In this document: one piece after another, positions 28,882 to 38,274 of the stretch
How positions within the stretch are numbered: the stretch's first letter is position 1
Layout of the letters: every line of letters starts with the position of its first letter
DNA from: Candidatus Micrarchaeota archaeon
GTDB taxonomy: Archaea; B1Sed10-29; JAJRYS01
DNA length: 64,000 nucleotides
Reading direction: 5' to 3'
Assembly: GCA_964643685.1 (NCBI GenBank)
Contig: CAZXTN010000001.1
Coordinates: 64,001-128,000, forward strand
The notes under the pieces: model-generated
Seen by the model: only the letters and a program-made list of their open reading frames with translations
Told to the model about the DNA's origin: nothing
The model's database searches: none
Made by a program: the position numbers and the translations under genes

Positions 28882-30342
28882 ATGGAGTTAATCAGGGGCC
28901 CTTGGAAAAATTTATTCAAAGGCAATTGGGATGGTTATGAAATAGAGGTTAAGGAGAATCCTGAAAAGGAGATTCTTACTTTGATTTATGAAAAAGAAAA
29001 GGCAGGGGCAGTGAGTTTAGTAACTAGGTTTTATCACGTTCAGGGAAATGCGCATAGGTTAACTGAAGAGTTTAAAAATTACTCAACTATCATTGAAAAG
29101 CAGTTTCCAACTCATAAGACTGTTTTTTTCAGCATATCTTCTGGCCCAAGTTACAGTTCGCTTGAACTCTTAAATCAGGTTGTTGAAGAGCAGTTTAAAA
29201 AAATAGAGGCAGAAGCAGAGGATTTGAATGAAAAAACAAGACTTTTTTCCCTGACTTTGACTGAATTGAAAAGAGCAGGCAAGGATGTTCAAAGAGAGTT
29301 GCTGTCAGATCCTCTTTTAATGACTTCTCTGATAACAGGAGAGGGAAAAGGAGTAGAGCCTGTAAGGGCAAGCGTAAAAGTTCCTCTTGGAAAAACGCTT
29401 GAAGGAGTGGAGAAGGAAGAGGATATTAATTCTTTCTTAAGCACTTTAATTATAGGAAATGAAGTTGAAGTTGAAAAAGCAGTGCATGTTATTCTTGAAA
29501 ACGCGGTGCTTGCTGGAAAAATAGGCATAGTGTTTGATTATGACGGAAGTTTTTCAAAAATGAATTACCCTAACAGGAATTTTGATTACCAGAAAGAACA
29601 GCAGGTGCAACCAATCGGGCTTCCTATTAAGCATGCTGAGATAAGTGAACTTGGCATTGATTTGAAGCTGCTGGATAAGAAAATGCTTGCTGAAATTTTT
29701 TCAATTGACTCTGAAGGTTTCATAGCAGAAGAAGCAAGGGAAGTGATGGCAACTGCTTTTGAAAAAAACAAGGAGGAGATTAATTCTCTTGAGGATCTTG
29801 AACAGAAAGTGATGATGACAAGCGATGAAACTAAAAAGTTTCATGTTTACAGGGCTGTGAGGTGGTTGAAGGTTCTTGGAAAAAAGTACCCTGGTTATTT
29901 CAAAGGAGAAACAAGTTACAGGAAATTCATACCTCCTTATTCCAAATCAATGGGTTCGATAATAAGAGTGAATGTAAGCGGAGAAAAGAGCATGGTAAAA
30001 AAAGCTCTTCTTTATTCTCTTGTAAAAACAATGGAAAAAGATTATGAAAAAACATTCTCTTCATTTCAATTGAAATCAATAGCATGCTTGGTTAAAGGAA
30101 AAGATTACTTTCCAACTGAGCCTGTGAAGGAAATTGAAAAAGAGTTGATTAAAACTTATTCAAAGGCTCTTGAAAAAGGAATTGGAGTGGCAGCTGGTTT
30201 TGAATCAGAAGCAGAAGCTAATGAATTCATGCTTGACACTGAAACAATCAGAATAAGCTTTATTTCGCAATCAGAAGCAGCTGTTAAGGAAAGGAACTCA
30301 CGCCCTTACAGGATAAAATTAAGGCAGAACATGTCTTCTTGA
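28882..30342 (+). CDS. HerA/FtsK/VirB4-like P-loop protein with degenerate Walker A
   Basis: VPLGKTLEG...STLIIG-NEVEVEKA-VHVILEN...GIVFDYDGSF follows the HerA/DUF87 N-terminal strand order but lacks GxxGxGKT. Confidence 0.6.
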   Translation: MELIRGPWKNLFKGNWDGYEIEVKENPEKEILTLIYEKEKAGAVSLVTRFYHVQGNAHRLTEEFKNYSTIIEKQFPTHKTVFFSISSGPSYSSLELLNQVVEEQFKKIEAEAEDLNEKTRLFSLTLTELKRAGKDVQRELLSDPLLMTSLITGEGKGVEPVRASVKVPLGKTLEGVEKEEDINSFLSTLIIGNEVEVEKAVHVILENAVLAGKIGIVFDYDGSFSKMNYPNRNFDYQKEQQVQPIGLPIKHAEISELGIDLKLLDKKMLAEIFSIDSEGFIAEEAREVMATAFEKNKEEINSLEDLEQKVMMTSDETKKFHVYRAVRWLKVLGKKYPGYFKGETSYRKFIPPYSKSMGSIIRVNVSGEKSMVKKALLYSLVKTMEKDYEKTFSSFQLKSIACLVKGKDYFPTEPVKEIEKELIKTYSKALEKGIGVAAGFESEAEANEFMLDTETIRISFISQSEAAVKERNSRPYRIKLRQNMSS

Positions 30343-30372
30343 AACGAGGAGGAGTGAAAAGAAGAAAGTTTG

Positions 30373-30819
30373 TTATTTATTAAGATTGTCTTTGATTAAT
30401 TCTTTTACTTGGTTTAAAGTAACGTATTCCATTGGGTTTACAGTGTCTAACACGTATTTCATTTCATTAATGTCTTGGCGCATGGAGTCAATTAATTCCC
30501 TGTTGTAGTTAATTTCCTTGACTAAGTCTTTTACAAGAGAATTAAGTTCTTCAATTTGGGAAACTATTTTAGAGTCAATTTGCGGCTGAGTAGAGACAAG
30601 CTCATGGCTTTGCATGGTGGAGCTTCCTGTCCTTTCAAGTTCTTTAAGCTTCTTGTTGTGGTTGACAAGAGTTTTTCCAATAATCTGCTCGTTTTTCTCA
30701 ATTACTCTCATTCTCTGAGCAACTACTCTTATTTTAGAATCAAGGGATTGAATTTCTGTTTTCAATTGCCTTAAAACTGCTTGCCATTCCTTGTCAGCCA
30801 TTAATTCAAATAAAAACAA
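30373..30819 (-). CDS. Coiled-coil protein
   Basis: Two heptad-rich segments separated by an S/T/Q linker. ATG at 30801 is a possible start. Confidence 0.7.
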   Translation of the reverse strand: MFLFELMADKEWQAVLRQLKTEIQSLDSKIRVVAQRMRVIEKNEQIIGKTLVNHNKKLKELERTGSSTMQSHELVSTQPQIDSKIVSQIEELNSLVKDLVKEINYNRELIDSMRQDINEMKYVLDTVNPMEYVTLNQVKELIKDNLNK

Positions 30820-30853
30820 GGGTTAAATAAAAAGCTTACTTAAAAAACAATTA

Positions 30854-33148
30854 ATGAAAGGATTCATATTTGACTTGAAAAGCGAAGGAGAAAAGATAAA
30901 AATTCTTTTCAAAAACAAGGAACAGGAAAAATTAATAGTAAAGGAATTTCCTCCTTATTTTTATTTGAAAAAATACGAGAAAGGCATAGAACAAATACCT
31001 GAAGTGAAAAAAGTTGAAAAAGAAAAAAAGGAAAAACAAGTTCTTTACAAGATAACAGTGGATAATCCTGGTTCTGTGATTAAGCTAAGAGAGGACTTGA
31101 AAGAATTTGAGCCAATTGAAGCTAACATTCCACACGTTTATCGTTTTTTAATTGACAACAACTTGTACGCCACAAGGACATATGAGTACGATGAGAAAAA
31201 AGCAGAGTTTAAAGAAGTTGAAAAGGAGGAAACGTATTTGAAAATGGCTTCTTTTGACTTGGAGGTTTACAACAAGGAAGGCATGCCTAACCCTGGAAAA
31301 GACCCTATTTTGATGATAAGCTACTGCGATGGAAAAGAGTCGAGAGTGTTTTACTGGAAGAAAAACAAGGGAACTGAAAAGGAGATGATTCTTGACTTCT
31401 TATCCAAGTTGAAGAAGGAGAAAATTGATGTGCTGACTGGTTACAATTCCTCTGGTTTTGACTTGCCTTATTTGAAAAAAAGATGCAGTGTCTTGGGAAT
31501 AGAACTTGACTTGTCAAAAGACGGTTCGCCTGTGCAGATTAAAAGAGGAGCGTTCAGCACAAAAGCAGATATTTTTGGCTTGCTTCACTTCGATGCTTAT
31601 GATGGAGTGGCTTTTCTGAACAAAGTTGGGGCAATGAACATTCCTAAAAAAGACTTAGAAGCAGTTTACAAGGAGATGTTTGGCAAGGAAAAGCTTGACA
31701 TAGAGCCGTGGAAGATATGGAGCATGTGGGAAAAAGGAGGAAAAGAGCTTGAAACCCTTATTCAATACAATAAGGAAGATGCAATAGCTGGTTATGAAAT
31801 AGCAAAGGAGTTGCTTCCTCTTTATGTTGAAATCAGCAAACTAGTTGGGCTTCCGATATACGAAGTTACTAGAATGAGCACTTCTCAGATGGTGGAATGG
31901 CTTCTTATAAGAGAAGCAGTGCAAAGAAAGTTAATAATTCCAAACACTCCAAGTGAAAAAGAAGTCAAGCAAAGGATGATGAGGGGAATTGAAGGTGGTT
32001 TTGTAAAGCAGCCTGAGAAGGGACTGCATGAAAAAATTGCAGTATGCGACTTCCGTTCCTTATACCCTACTTTGATAATTGCTTATAACATTGACAAGAC
32101 AACCTATAACAAGCCATGTAAGGATTACAACGTGTCTCCTAAAGGGCATAGGTTCTGCAAGAAGCCAATTGGCTTGATTCCAAAAATGCTTAAAGAATTT
32201 CTTGAAAAGAGAATAGAAATAAAAAAGGAGATGAAAAAGTACAAGAAAGGAACTCCTCAATACAAGTTTAATTATTATAGGCAATGGGCTTTGAAAATAA
32301 TAGCTAATTCTTCTTATGGTTACATGGTTTACGCTCGCGCCAAGTGGTACTCACGTGAAGCAGGTGAATCAGTTACTTCATGGGCGCGTGAAAAAATTCA
32401 TGAGACAATAAAAAAAGCTGAACAAGAAGGATTCAGCGTCTTGTACGCTGACACTGACTCTGTTTTTTTAAAACTCGGTGACAGAAAAACCAAGCAGGAT
32501 GTGTTTGATTTTGTTGAAAAAATAAATGCGAGTTTGCCAGAGGGAATGGAGCTTGAATTTGAAGGCTACTTCCCAAGAGGAATTTTTGTAAGCGGAAAAG
32601 AAGGCAAGAGAGCTGTTAAGAAAAAATACGCTTTGATAAGAGAAGACGGCGGGCTTGAAATAAAAGGATTTGAATTAGTGAGAAGAGACTGGAGCAACAT
32701 AGCAAAGGAAACGCAGAGGAAAGTAATCAAGGCAATTCTTGAACAAGGAAGCCCTGAAAAAGCAAAAGAGATTGTGAAAAAAACAATACAGGATATTAGG
32801 GACAGGAAAATTGACTTGAAAGAATTTGTAATTTACACTCAGATTAAAAGAAAAATTGACAAGTATGAACAGCAGGCTCCTCATGTAAAAGCAGCTAAGA
32901 AGCTGATTAAAGCAGGTTATAAAGTGAAAACAGGAACTATGCTTGAGTACGTGATAGTGCAGGGTTCAGGCAACATTTCAGACAGGGCAATTCCAATTCA
33001 ATTAATTGGAAACAAGAAGTATGACGCTGAGTATTACATTGAAAACCAAGTGCTTCCAGCTGTCATGAAGATAATAAGAGAAGTTGGGGTAACTGAAGAT
33101 GAGTTGAGGTACAAAGGCAAGCAAGAAGGGTTGAACAAATGGTTTTAA
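30854..33148 (+). CDS. polB: Family B DNA polymerase
   Basis: Exonuclease motifs FDLEV, YNSSGFDLPY and YNKED. Polymerase motifs DFRSLYP, KIIANSSYGY and YADTDS. Confidence 0.97.
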   Translation: MKGFIFDLKSEGEKIKILFKNKEQEKLIVKEFPPYFYLKKYEKGIEQIPEVKKVEKEKKEKQVLYKITVDNPGSVIKLREDLKEFEPIEANIPHVYRFLIDNNLYATRTYEYDEKKAEFKEVEKEETYLKMASFDLEVYNKEGMPNPGKDPILMISYCDGKESRVFYWKKNKGTEKEMILDFLSKLKKEKIDVLTGYNSSGFDLPYLKKRCSVLGIELDLSKDGSPVQIKRGAFSTKADIFGLLHFDAYDGVAFLNKVGAMNIPKKDLEAVYKEMFGKEKLDIEPWKIWSMWEKGGKELETLIQYNKEDAIAGYEIAKELLPLYVEISKLVGLPIYEVTRMSTSQMVEWLLIREAVQRKLIIPNTPSEKEVKQRMMRGIEGGFVKQPEKGLHEKIAVCDFRSLYPTLIIAYNIDKTTYNKPCKDYNVSPKGHRFCKKPIGLIPKMLKEFLEKRIEIKKEMKKYKKGTPQYKFNYYRQWALKIIANSSYGYMVYARAKWYSREAGESVTSWAREKIHETIKKAEQEGFSVLYADTDSVFLKLGDRKTKQDVFDFVEKINASLPEGMELEFEGYFPRGIFVSGKEGKRAVKKKYALIREDGGLEIKGFELVRRDWSNIAKETQRKVIKAILEQGSPEKAKEIVKKTIQDIRDRKIDLKEFVIYTQIKRKIDKYEQQAPHVKAAKKLIKAGYKVKTGTMLEYVIVQGSGNISDRAIPIQLIGNKKYDAEYYIENQVLPAVMKIIREVGVTEDELRYKGKQEGLNKWF

Positions 33149-33185
33149 AACAAAAAGGATTAAAAAGAAATTGAAAAGGAGATAA

Positions 33186-34124
33186 TTGCAAATGAACGAA
33201 GAGGAAATTGAATGGATTGAAGAAGAAGATCCTAACAGGTTTGATTATTACTTGAAAGCAGGTAAAGTAGCAGGTGAAGCTAGGAAAAAAGCAGCTTCTC
33301 TTGTCAAGCCAGGTAAGAGTGTTTACGAGTTAGTTGAAGAGGTTGAGCAATGGATTTTGAAACAGGACTGTGGTTGGAGCTTTCCAATTAACATTTCAAT
33401 AAACCACCAGGCAGCGCATTATACCCCTAAACTGAATGATGAATTGACATTCGGCGAAAATGATGTAGTGAAAGTTGATGTAGGAACTCATTACAAGGGT
33501 TATATTGGAGACACTGCTGAAACAGTTGACTTAAGCGGAGAAAATGGAAAGCTTGTTGAAGCAACTGAACAGGCGCTTGAAAATGCTTTGTCAGTGATAA
33601 AAGCAGGCATAGGCAGCCATGAAATAAGCAGGGAAATAGAGGAAACAATTAAAGAGTATGGTTTTAAGCCAGTTGAAAATTTAGGTGGGCATATGCTTGA
33701 ACAGTATGAGCTTCATGCTGGTTACTTCGTGCCTAATGTGGAGCAACAGGATTCATGGGAGTTGGAAGAAGGTTTTGCAATTGCGATTGAACCTTTTGCA
33801 TCAACTGGAAAAGGGCATGTAAGCGAAGGAAGTTACACTGAAATATTCACTTATGAGGGGGATGTGCTTACAAGAAACAGCACTGCAAGACAAGTTCTTG
33901 AAATTATAAGAAATGATTACCCTTCATTGCCTTTTGCTGAAAGATGGCTGGCTAAAAAATTCAAAGACAATGAATTTCAATTCAAGCTTGCTGTAAGGGA
34001 GTTAATGAAACTAGGTGCTTTGAAAGGATACCCAGTGCTTCAAGATGAAAAAAAATCGCTAGTAAGCCAAGCTGAAAAGACAATAATAGTTGAAAAAGAT
34101 TCATGCAGGATTACAACGCCTTAA
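33186..34124 (+). CDS. map: Methionine aminopeptidase type II
   Basis: AAHYTP, KVDVGTH.KGYIGDTA, NLGGH, AIEPF, SQAEKT. Confidence 0.95.
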   Translation: MQMNEEEIEWIEEEDPNRFDYYLKAGKVAGEARKKAASLVKPGKSVYELVEEVEQWILKQDCGWSFPINISINHQAAHYTPKLNDELTFGENDVVKVDVGTHYKGYIGDTAETVDLSGENGKLVEATEQALENALSVIKAGIGSHEISREIEETIKEYGFKPVENLGGHMLEQYELHAGYFVPNVEQQDSWELEEGFAIAIEPFASTGKGHVSEGSYTEIFTYEGDVLTRNSTARQVLEIIRNDYPSLPFAERWLAKKFKDNEFQFKLAVRELMKLGALKGYPVLQDEKKSLVSQAEKTIIVEKDSCRITTP

Positions 34125-34146
34125 AAAGAAACAGGTGTTTTGAAAA

Positions 34147-35004
34147 ATGAATTCAGATGAAAAAAAAGAAATGGTTCTTGAAATCTTTTTCCTGACTGCT
34201 TCAACTTTTTTATTCCTTTACTTTTTTTCAAAAACAGGCATAAGCTTTGACTACTCCTTTGACTTGACAAAAATGCAGGAGTTAGCAAGCACGGAGCTTG
34301 TTAAAAACTTAGCAGCTTCTGTTTTTTTCATTTCTTTCAGCATTTTTTTAATTAATTACTTCGCAAGAGGAATTGTAAAAAAAGAAAGAGCAGTGACTAT
34401 TACTTTAAGCATACTAACTGCCTCTCTTCTTTTTTATTACTTCAATGGATTGACAGAAGTAGGCATTGCAATGATTTTGTTCTACTGGATTGGGTTAATG
34501 TTCATCTCTGTCAAGACGCATAAGAAGCCGAAGAATGTCTGGGAAAAAATAGGAATTGGCTGGAGCCATTCCAAGAACATCACTCTTGCTCTTGCAATAG
34601 GAGGGCTTGTTGTTGGCTTGTATTTCACTAATGTTAACCTAAGCGAGTACCAGAATCTTGTTAAAGAATCAATAATAACAGTTTCAGTTGAAGCTTCTCA
34701 GCAGTTCATGCCTGAAGGCTATGAGTTAGATTCTTCAATTGCTTCAACGCAAAGAGCCTTGTTTGCTAGTTTAATTGAAGACATGCCCTTGTTTCAAAGT
34801 TTTTTAGACTCTCTTCCTTTGTTAACTGGCTTGATGCTGGCAAGCATAATTTACACAATAGGCAACATGACAATTCCCTTCATTACTTCTTTCCTGTGCT
34901 TGTTTTTAAAAACAGAAAAAGAACCTGAAGTGAAGTTAAAGCATAGGAAAGGATTGTTTGACAACGTGCCTGTTGAAGAAGAGGAAGAACGGCAAGAGCA
35001 GTGA
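34147..35004 (+). CDS. Hypothetical multi-pass membrane protein
   Basis: About 6 hydrophobic segments. Confidence 0.7.
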   Translation: MNSDEKKEMVLEIFFLTASTFLFLYFFSKTGISFDYSFDLTKMQELASTELVKNLAASVFFISFSIFLINYFARGIVKKERAVTITLSILTASLLFYYFNGLTEVGIAMILFYWIGLMFISVKTHKKPKNVWEKIGIGWSHSKNITLALAIGGLVVGLYFTNVNLSEYQNLVKESIITVSVEASQQFMPEGYELDSSIASTQRALFASLIEDMPLFQSFLDSLPLLTGLMLASIIYTIGNMTIPFITSFLCLFLKTEKEPEVKLKHRKGLFDNVPVEEEEERQEQ

Positions 35005-35051
35005 AAAAACTTTTTTCAATTTAATAAATTTTTTTATTGACTAAATAATTT

Positions 35052-35162
35052 GGGCCTGTAGCATAGTTTGGATTAATGCGCGCGGCTTCGGACCGCGAGA
35101 TCAGGGGTTCAAATATGCCTTGCGGATATTTCCGCATGCATGCGAAAATCCTCTCAGGCCCG
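35052..35162 (+). tRNA. tRNA-Arg(TCG) with T-loop intron (59/60) at 35114-35148
   Basis: Acceptor GGGCCTG/CAGGCCC, anticodon arm CGCGG-CT-TCG-GA-CCGCG, 35-nt hairpin insert after TTCAAA. Confidence 0.92.
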
Positions 35163-35280
35163 CTTCAACAATTGCAACTGATTCTGATTAGCAAGATTGA
35201 AAAGAAAAGGAAGAGAACAGAAAGAAGAAAAGGAAGTAAAACCTTTCTCCTTTCTTTCAGGGTTTCAGGAACTTGTTTTT

Positions 35281-35664
35281 TTAGATTGTTGCCAAGTCCC
35301 AGATTGTCTTTAAAGCGACAACAACTGCTGCTGGTGTTACGAAAGCCGCTATGTTGTTTATTATTGAAGCTAAAGGAACTCCAATGAATGGGATTAATGA
35401 TAATCCCCCTGCTGTTCCTCCAACTGCAACTAATGCGACTACTGCTAGCAAGAAAGCAGTTACGTCTTTTTCAACTAGGTTCAATAATCCTACAACAAGT
35501 CCTAGGATTACTAGGACAAGGATTACTGTTGCTGATGAGACGTCATCAAGCTGTCCTGCTGCAGACACTAATCCAGCAACTACAGCTATTAAGATACCTA
35601 GCAAGAATGCGTAGTATCCTATGTTGCTGTCGTTTGCTTTGCTTCTTCTAACCATGTGTATCAA
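35281..35664 (-). CDS. Small very hydrophobic membrane protein (about 4 TM)
   Basis: G/A/V/L-rich helices, TTTATAAA box upstream. Confidence 0.75.
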   Translation of the reverse strand: MIHMVRRSKANDSNIGYYAFLLGILIAVVAGLVSAAGQLDDVSSATVILVLVILGLVVGLLNLVEKDVTAFLLAVVALVAVGGTAGGLSLIPFIGVPLASIINNIAAFVTPAAVVVALKTIWDLATI

Positions 35665-35729
35665 TTAAAACAATAGATAAGCAGGGTTTATAAAGTTTTT
35701 TGTTTTTTAACGTCAAAAAGCGACAAAAG

Positions 35730-36557
35730 TTAGTTTTTTACAAGGATGTCAAATACAACTTGCACGACTGATGGCGAAAAAGGGCGGACAATTCTTTTAG
35801 AAATTATTTCAACCTCTTTTTTTTCTTTTTTTGCAATTTCCTTTATGCGTTTTTCAGAATCAGTATAAGGAAAGTCCTTTTTTGCGAAAGTGTAGAAGTG
35901 TATTATGCAATTTTCGCTAGCCTTCTCAAATGCCTTGCTTAGGAAATCTTCAGCTCCTTTTGGAAGGGGCATGATTATCCTGTCAAATTTAGGCAGTTCA
36001 TCAACAACTTCATTAACGTCTCCTAACACTGGTTTTATTACTTCCTCCATCTTGTTGAGTTTAATATTAGCTTTCAGGCTATTGAATGCATTTTCGTTAA
36101 GCTCAATGGCATAAATTAAAACTTTTTTATTTTTTTTGGCTATGACAAGTGGAAATGGACCTACTCCTGCAAACCATGCGCCTATTACTTCTCCTTCTTT
36201 GACTTGTTTTGCTATTCTTTCTCTTTCGTGGCTTAATCTTGGAGTGAAGTAAACTTTGTTTACGTCTAATCTCATTCTTACTCCTGATTCTTTATATTCT
36301 GTTTGTGTCGTGTTTTCTCCTGCTATCACTTCAACAGGGCGTATTCTGAAAACGCCTTGATGATGCCCTGCTCTTTTGCAGACTGTTTTAATGTTTTTGT
36401 TTAATTGAATGATTGCTTCTCCTATCTGTTTTTGTTTGTGTTGAAGTTCTGGGGGTATTTCAATTATTGCAATTGAACCTATTACGTCATAGCTTGTGAT
36501 TAATTTTTTCATTTCTTCTTCTGTGAGCTTGTCTTTCAGAAGTTCTTTCAAGTTCAT
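35730..36557 (-). CDS. Trm5/Tyw2-family tRNA-modifying SAM-dependent transferase
   Basis: SYDVIGSIAI, VYFTPRLSHERERI, WFAGVGPF, DRIIMPLP. Confidence 0.88.
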   Translation of the reverse strand: MNLKELLKDKLTEEEMKKLITSYDVIGSIAIIEIPPELQHKQKQIGEAIIQLNKNIKTVCKRAGHHQGVFRIRPVEVIAGENTTQTEYKESGVRMRLDVNKVYFTPRLSHERERIAKQVKEGEVIGAWFAGVGPFPLVIAKKNKKVLIYAIELNENAFNSLKANIKLNKMEEVIKPVLGDVNEVVDELPKFDRIIMPLPKGAEDFLSKAFEKASENCIIHFYTFAKKDFPYTDSEKRIKEIAKKEKKEVEIISKRIVRPFSPSVVQVVFDILVKN

Positions 36558-36575
36558 AGTTTTATATTTACTCTC

Positions 36576-37367
36576 TTGATTAAAATAAACATGATGGATT
36601 GGTTGTCAGCTTATTTCATAGATCCTCTTGTAAAAGGCACAGGGTATAATATTGTTAACACTCTTTTTTTTGGAATTGTTTTTATAATTTTTTTATTTAT
36701 TATTGAAAAGGTTTCTGAGAAGATGAAAATAAAATTTGATGAGAAATTATTTTTTTCCCTTGCTCCATTTATAATTCTTGGGGGAGTTTTAAGGGCTTTG
36801 CAGGACACTGGTTTTTTTAATTTCTTGGGCTATTTCAGGTTCTTGTTTGTGACTCCTGGGATTTATTTTCTCATTTTTTCAATTGTTTTAATCAGCTTGT
36901 GGGTTGAGAAAAAAGGAGTTAAGAATTTTGCAGAGTTAAATGGAGTTGTGCTTGCTGCTTTTTTCTTAACAATTGCTTTGCTTGAGAGCAGGAATTGGAG
37001 CGGGTTTTTAATAGCTGTTTCCCTTGCTCTTATTTCTTTTTTTCTGAGTTTTTTGTTATTCAGAAAATTTCTGAAGTCAATGGAAGCTTGGACAGCTGTT
37101 TTTGCTCATTCGCTTGACGCTTGCAGCAGCGTCACTGCAATTTTAATTGTTGGTGGTTTTTGGGAGCAGCATGTGCTTCCTAAATTCTTATTGAATGCTG
37201 GGTTGTTTTGGCTGTTTATTCCATTGAAGATATTATTTGTTTTGTTTGTTTCTCGTTTTATTGAAGAAGAAAGCAGGGGTAATTGGAGATGGCTTTTTTT
37301 ATTTAGCTTAGTAGTGCTTGGCTTGGGGCCTGGAACGCGTGATGCTTTGGCAATACTTTTACATTAA
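36576..37367 (+). CDS. DUF63-family membrane protein
   Basis: GYNIVNT, PFIILGGVLRALQD, AHSLDA, EQHVLP, LGLGPGTRD. Confidence 0.85.
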   Translation: MIKINMMDWLSAYFIDPLVKGTGYNIVNTLFFGIVFIIFLFIIEKVSEKMKIKFDEKLFFSLAPFIILGGVLRALQDTGFFNFLGYFRFLFVTPGIYFLIFSIVLISLWVEKKGVKNFAELNGVVLAAFFLTIALLESRNWSGFLIAVSLALISFFLSFLLFRKFLKSMEAWTAVFAHSLDACSSVTAILIVGGFWEQHVLPKFLLNAGLFWLFIPLKILFVLFVSRFIEEESRGNWRWLFLFSLVVLGLGPGTRDALAILLH

Positions 37368-37379
37368 AAAAGAGAGAAA

Positions 37380-37482
37380 TGCGCCTACCGGGAGTTTCAA
37401 GCACGAGAGTTGGTGCTCTTGTCTTGTTGAACCCGGTCCTTGAGCTTGGGAAGCTCACATCATACCTCTAGACTATAGGCGC
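37380..37482 (-). tRNA. tRNA-Gly(CCC) with T-loop intron (59/60) at 37394-37425
   Basis: Minus strand GCGCCTA/TAGGCGC, TGAGC-TT-CCC-AA-GCTCA, BHB central helix TTCA/TGAA. Confidence 0.92.
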
Positions 37483-37554
37483 ATTAAACACTAAGATAAA
37501 TTAAAGAAAAAAGGAGTATAAAAAAATTAGGAGCAGGGAGAGTGATTATAAGAA

Positions 37555-37842
37555 TCACTCTATTACTTCTATTGTTCCTGTTTTTGGCACGTTTAGTTGG
37601 AGGTTGTTGTTCCATTCTCTTACGTATCCTCCTGTGATTTTGACTTTGTCTCCTGTTTTCAGCAGACTTGTCTTGTCTCCCCATAAAACGAGGACTATTT
37701 CTCCTGTGTCATCTTTTAGTGTTGCATTGGAGACTTTGTTTAAGCCGAATTTTGTGTTGACTTCTCTTGGTTCTGTTGTTTCTTTTACTTCTGCTTCTAT
37801 GTCTACGTCTTTCATGCCGTTTTGTATTTCATTTATTTTCAT
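37555..37842 (-). CDS. Single OB-fold ssDNA-binding protein (SSB/RPA-like)
   Basis: PREVNTKFG...ATLKDDTGEIVLVLW...GDKVKITGGYVREWN. Confidence 0.9.
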   Translation of the reverse strand: MKINEIQNGMKDVDIEAEVKETTEPREVNTKFGLNKVSNATLKDDTGEIVLVLWGDKTSLLKTGDKVKITGGYVREWNNNLQLNVPKTGTIEVIE

Positions 37843-37945
37843 TTTTAAAACTCCTCCTTGAATTAAAAGAATAAGAAAACTTTTTTCTTAACTTTTTTTT
37901 AAAAAAGAAAAAGAAAAAAGAAAGAAGTTAATCTCTTTCTTTTTT

Positions 37946-38158
37946 TTAGATTTTTCCTAAATTTTCAATGAAGAATTTTTTGATTTCTTCTTCATCTGGG
38001 AACCCTATTGCTGCTTTGTATCTTTTTTGTCCTGCTTTGTTGTAGAATCCTTTGCTTAGTGATATGAATTCTGCGTCTTCTACTTTTTTCCTTGCTATTT
38101 CAAGGAAGTTGTTTCCGTATTTGTATTCTTCTGCTTTTATTGTTTCATATTCTGGCAT
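37946..38158 (-). CDS. Small conserved-looking protein, possibly PC4-like nucleic acid-binding fold
   Basis: GGAGTGA RBS. NNFLEIARK...FISLSKGFY...KRYK..IGFP beta-rich pattern followed by a helix. Fold is inference. Confidence 0.6.
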   Translation of the reverse strand: MPEYETIKAEEYKYGNNFLEIARKKVEDAEFISLSKGFYNKAGQKRYKAAIGFPDEEEIKKFFIENLGKI

Positions 38159-38274
38159 TGTTAATTCACTCCTTTGGTTCCACAGTTCTGATGCGCGCTT
38201 AATGCGAACTGCTGTGGTTGTTGTGTGAATTGAGTAAATTGGTATATAAATACTTGACGATTAATAGAAATTGT

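Noticed and set aside
30854-33148. Intein, split gene or inactivation in PolB (also checked RNAP subunits and EF-2)
   Set aside because: Lengths are normal and the catalytic motifs are contiguous and intact. Split rpoB and rpoA are common in archaea.
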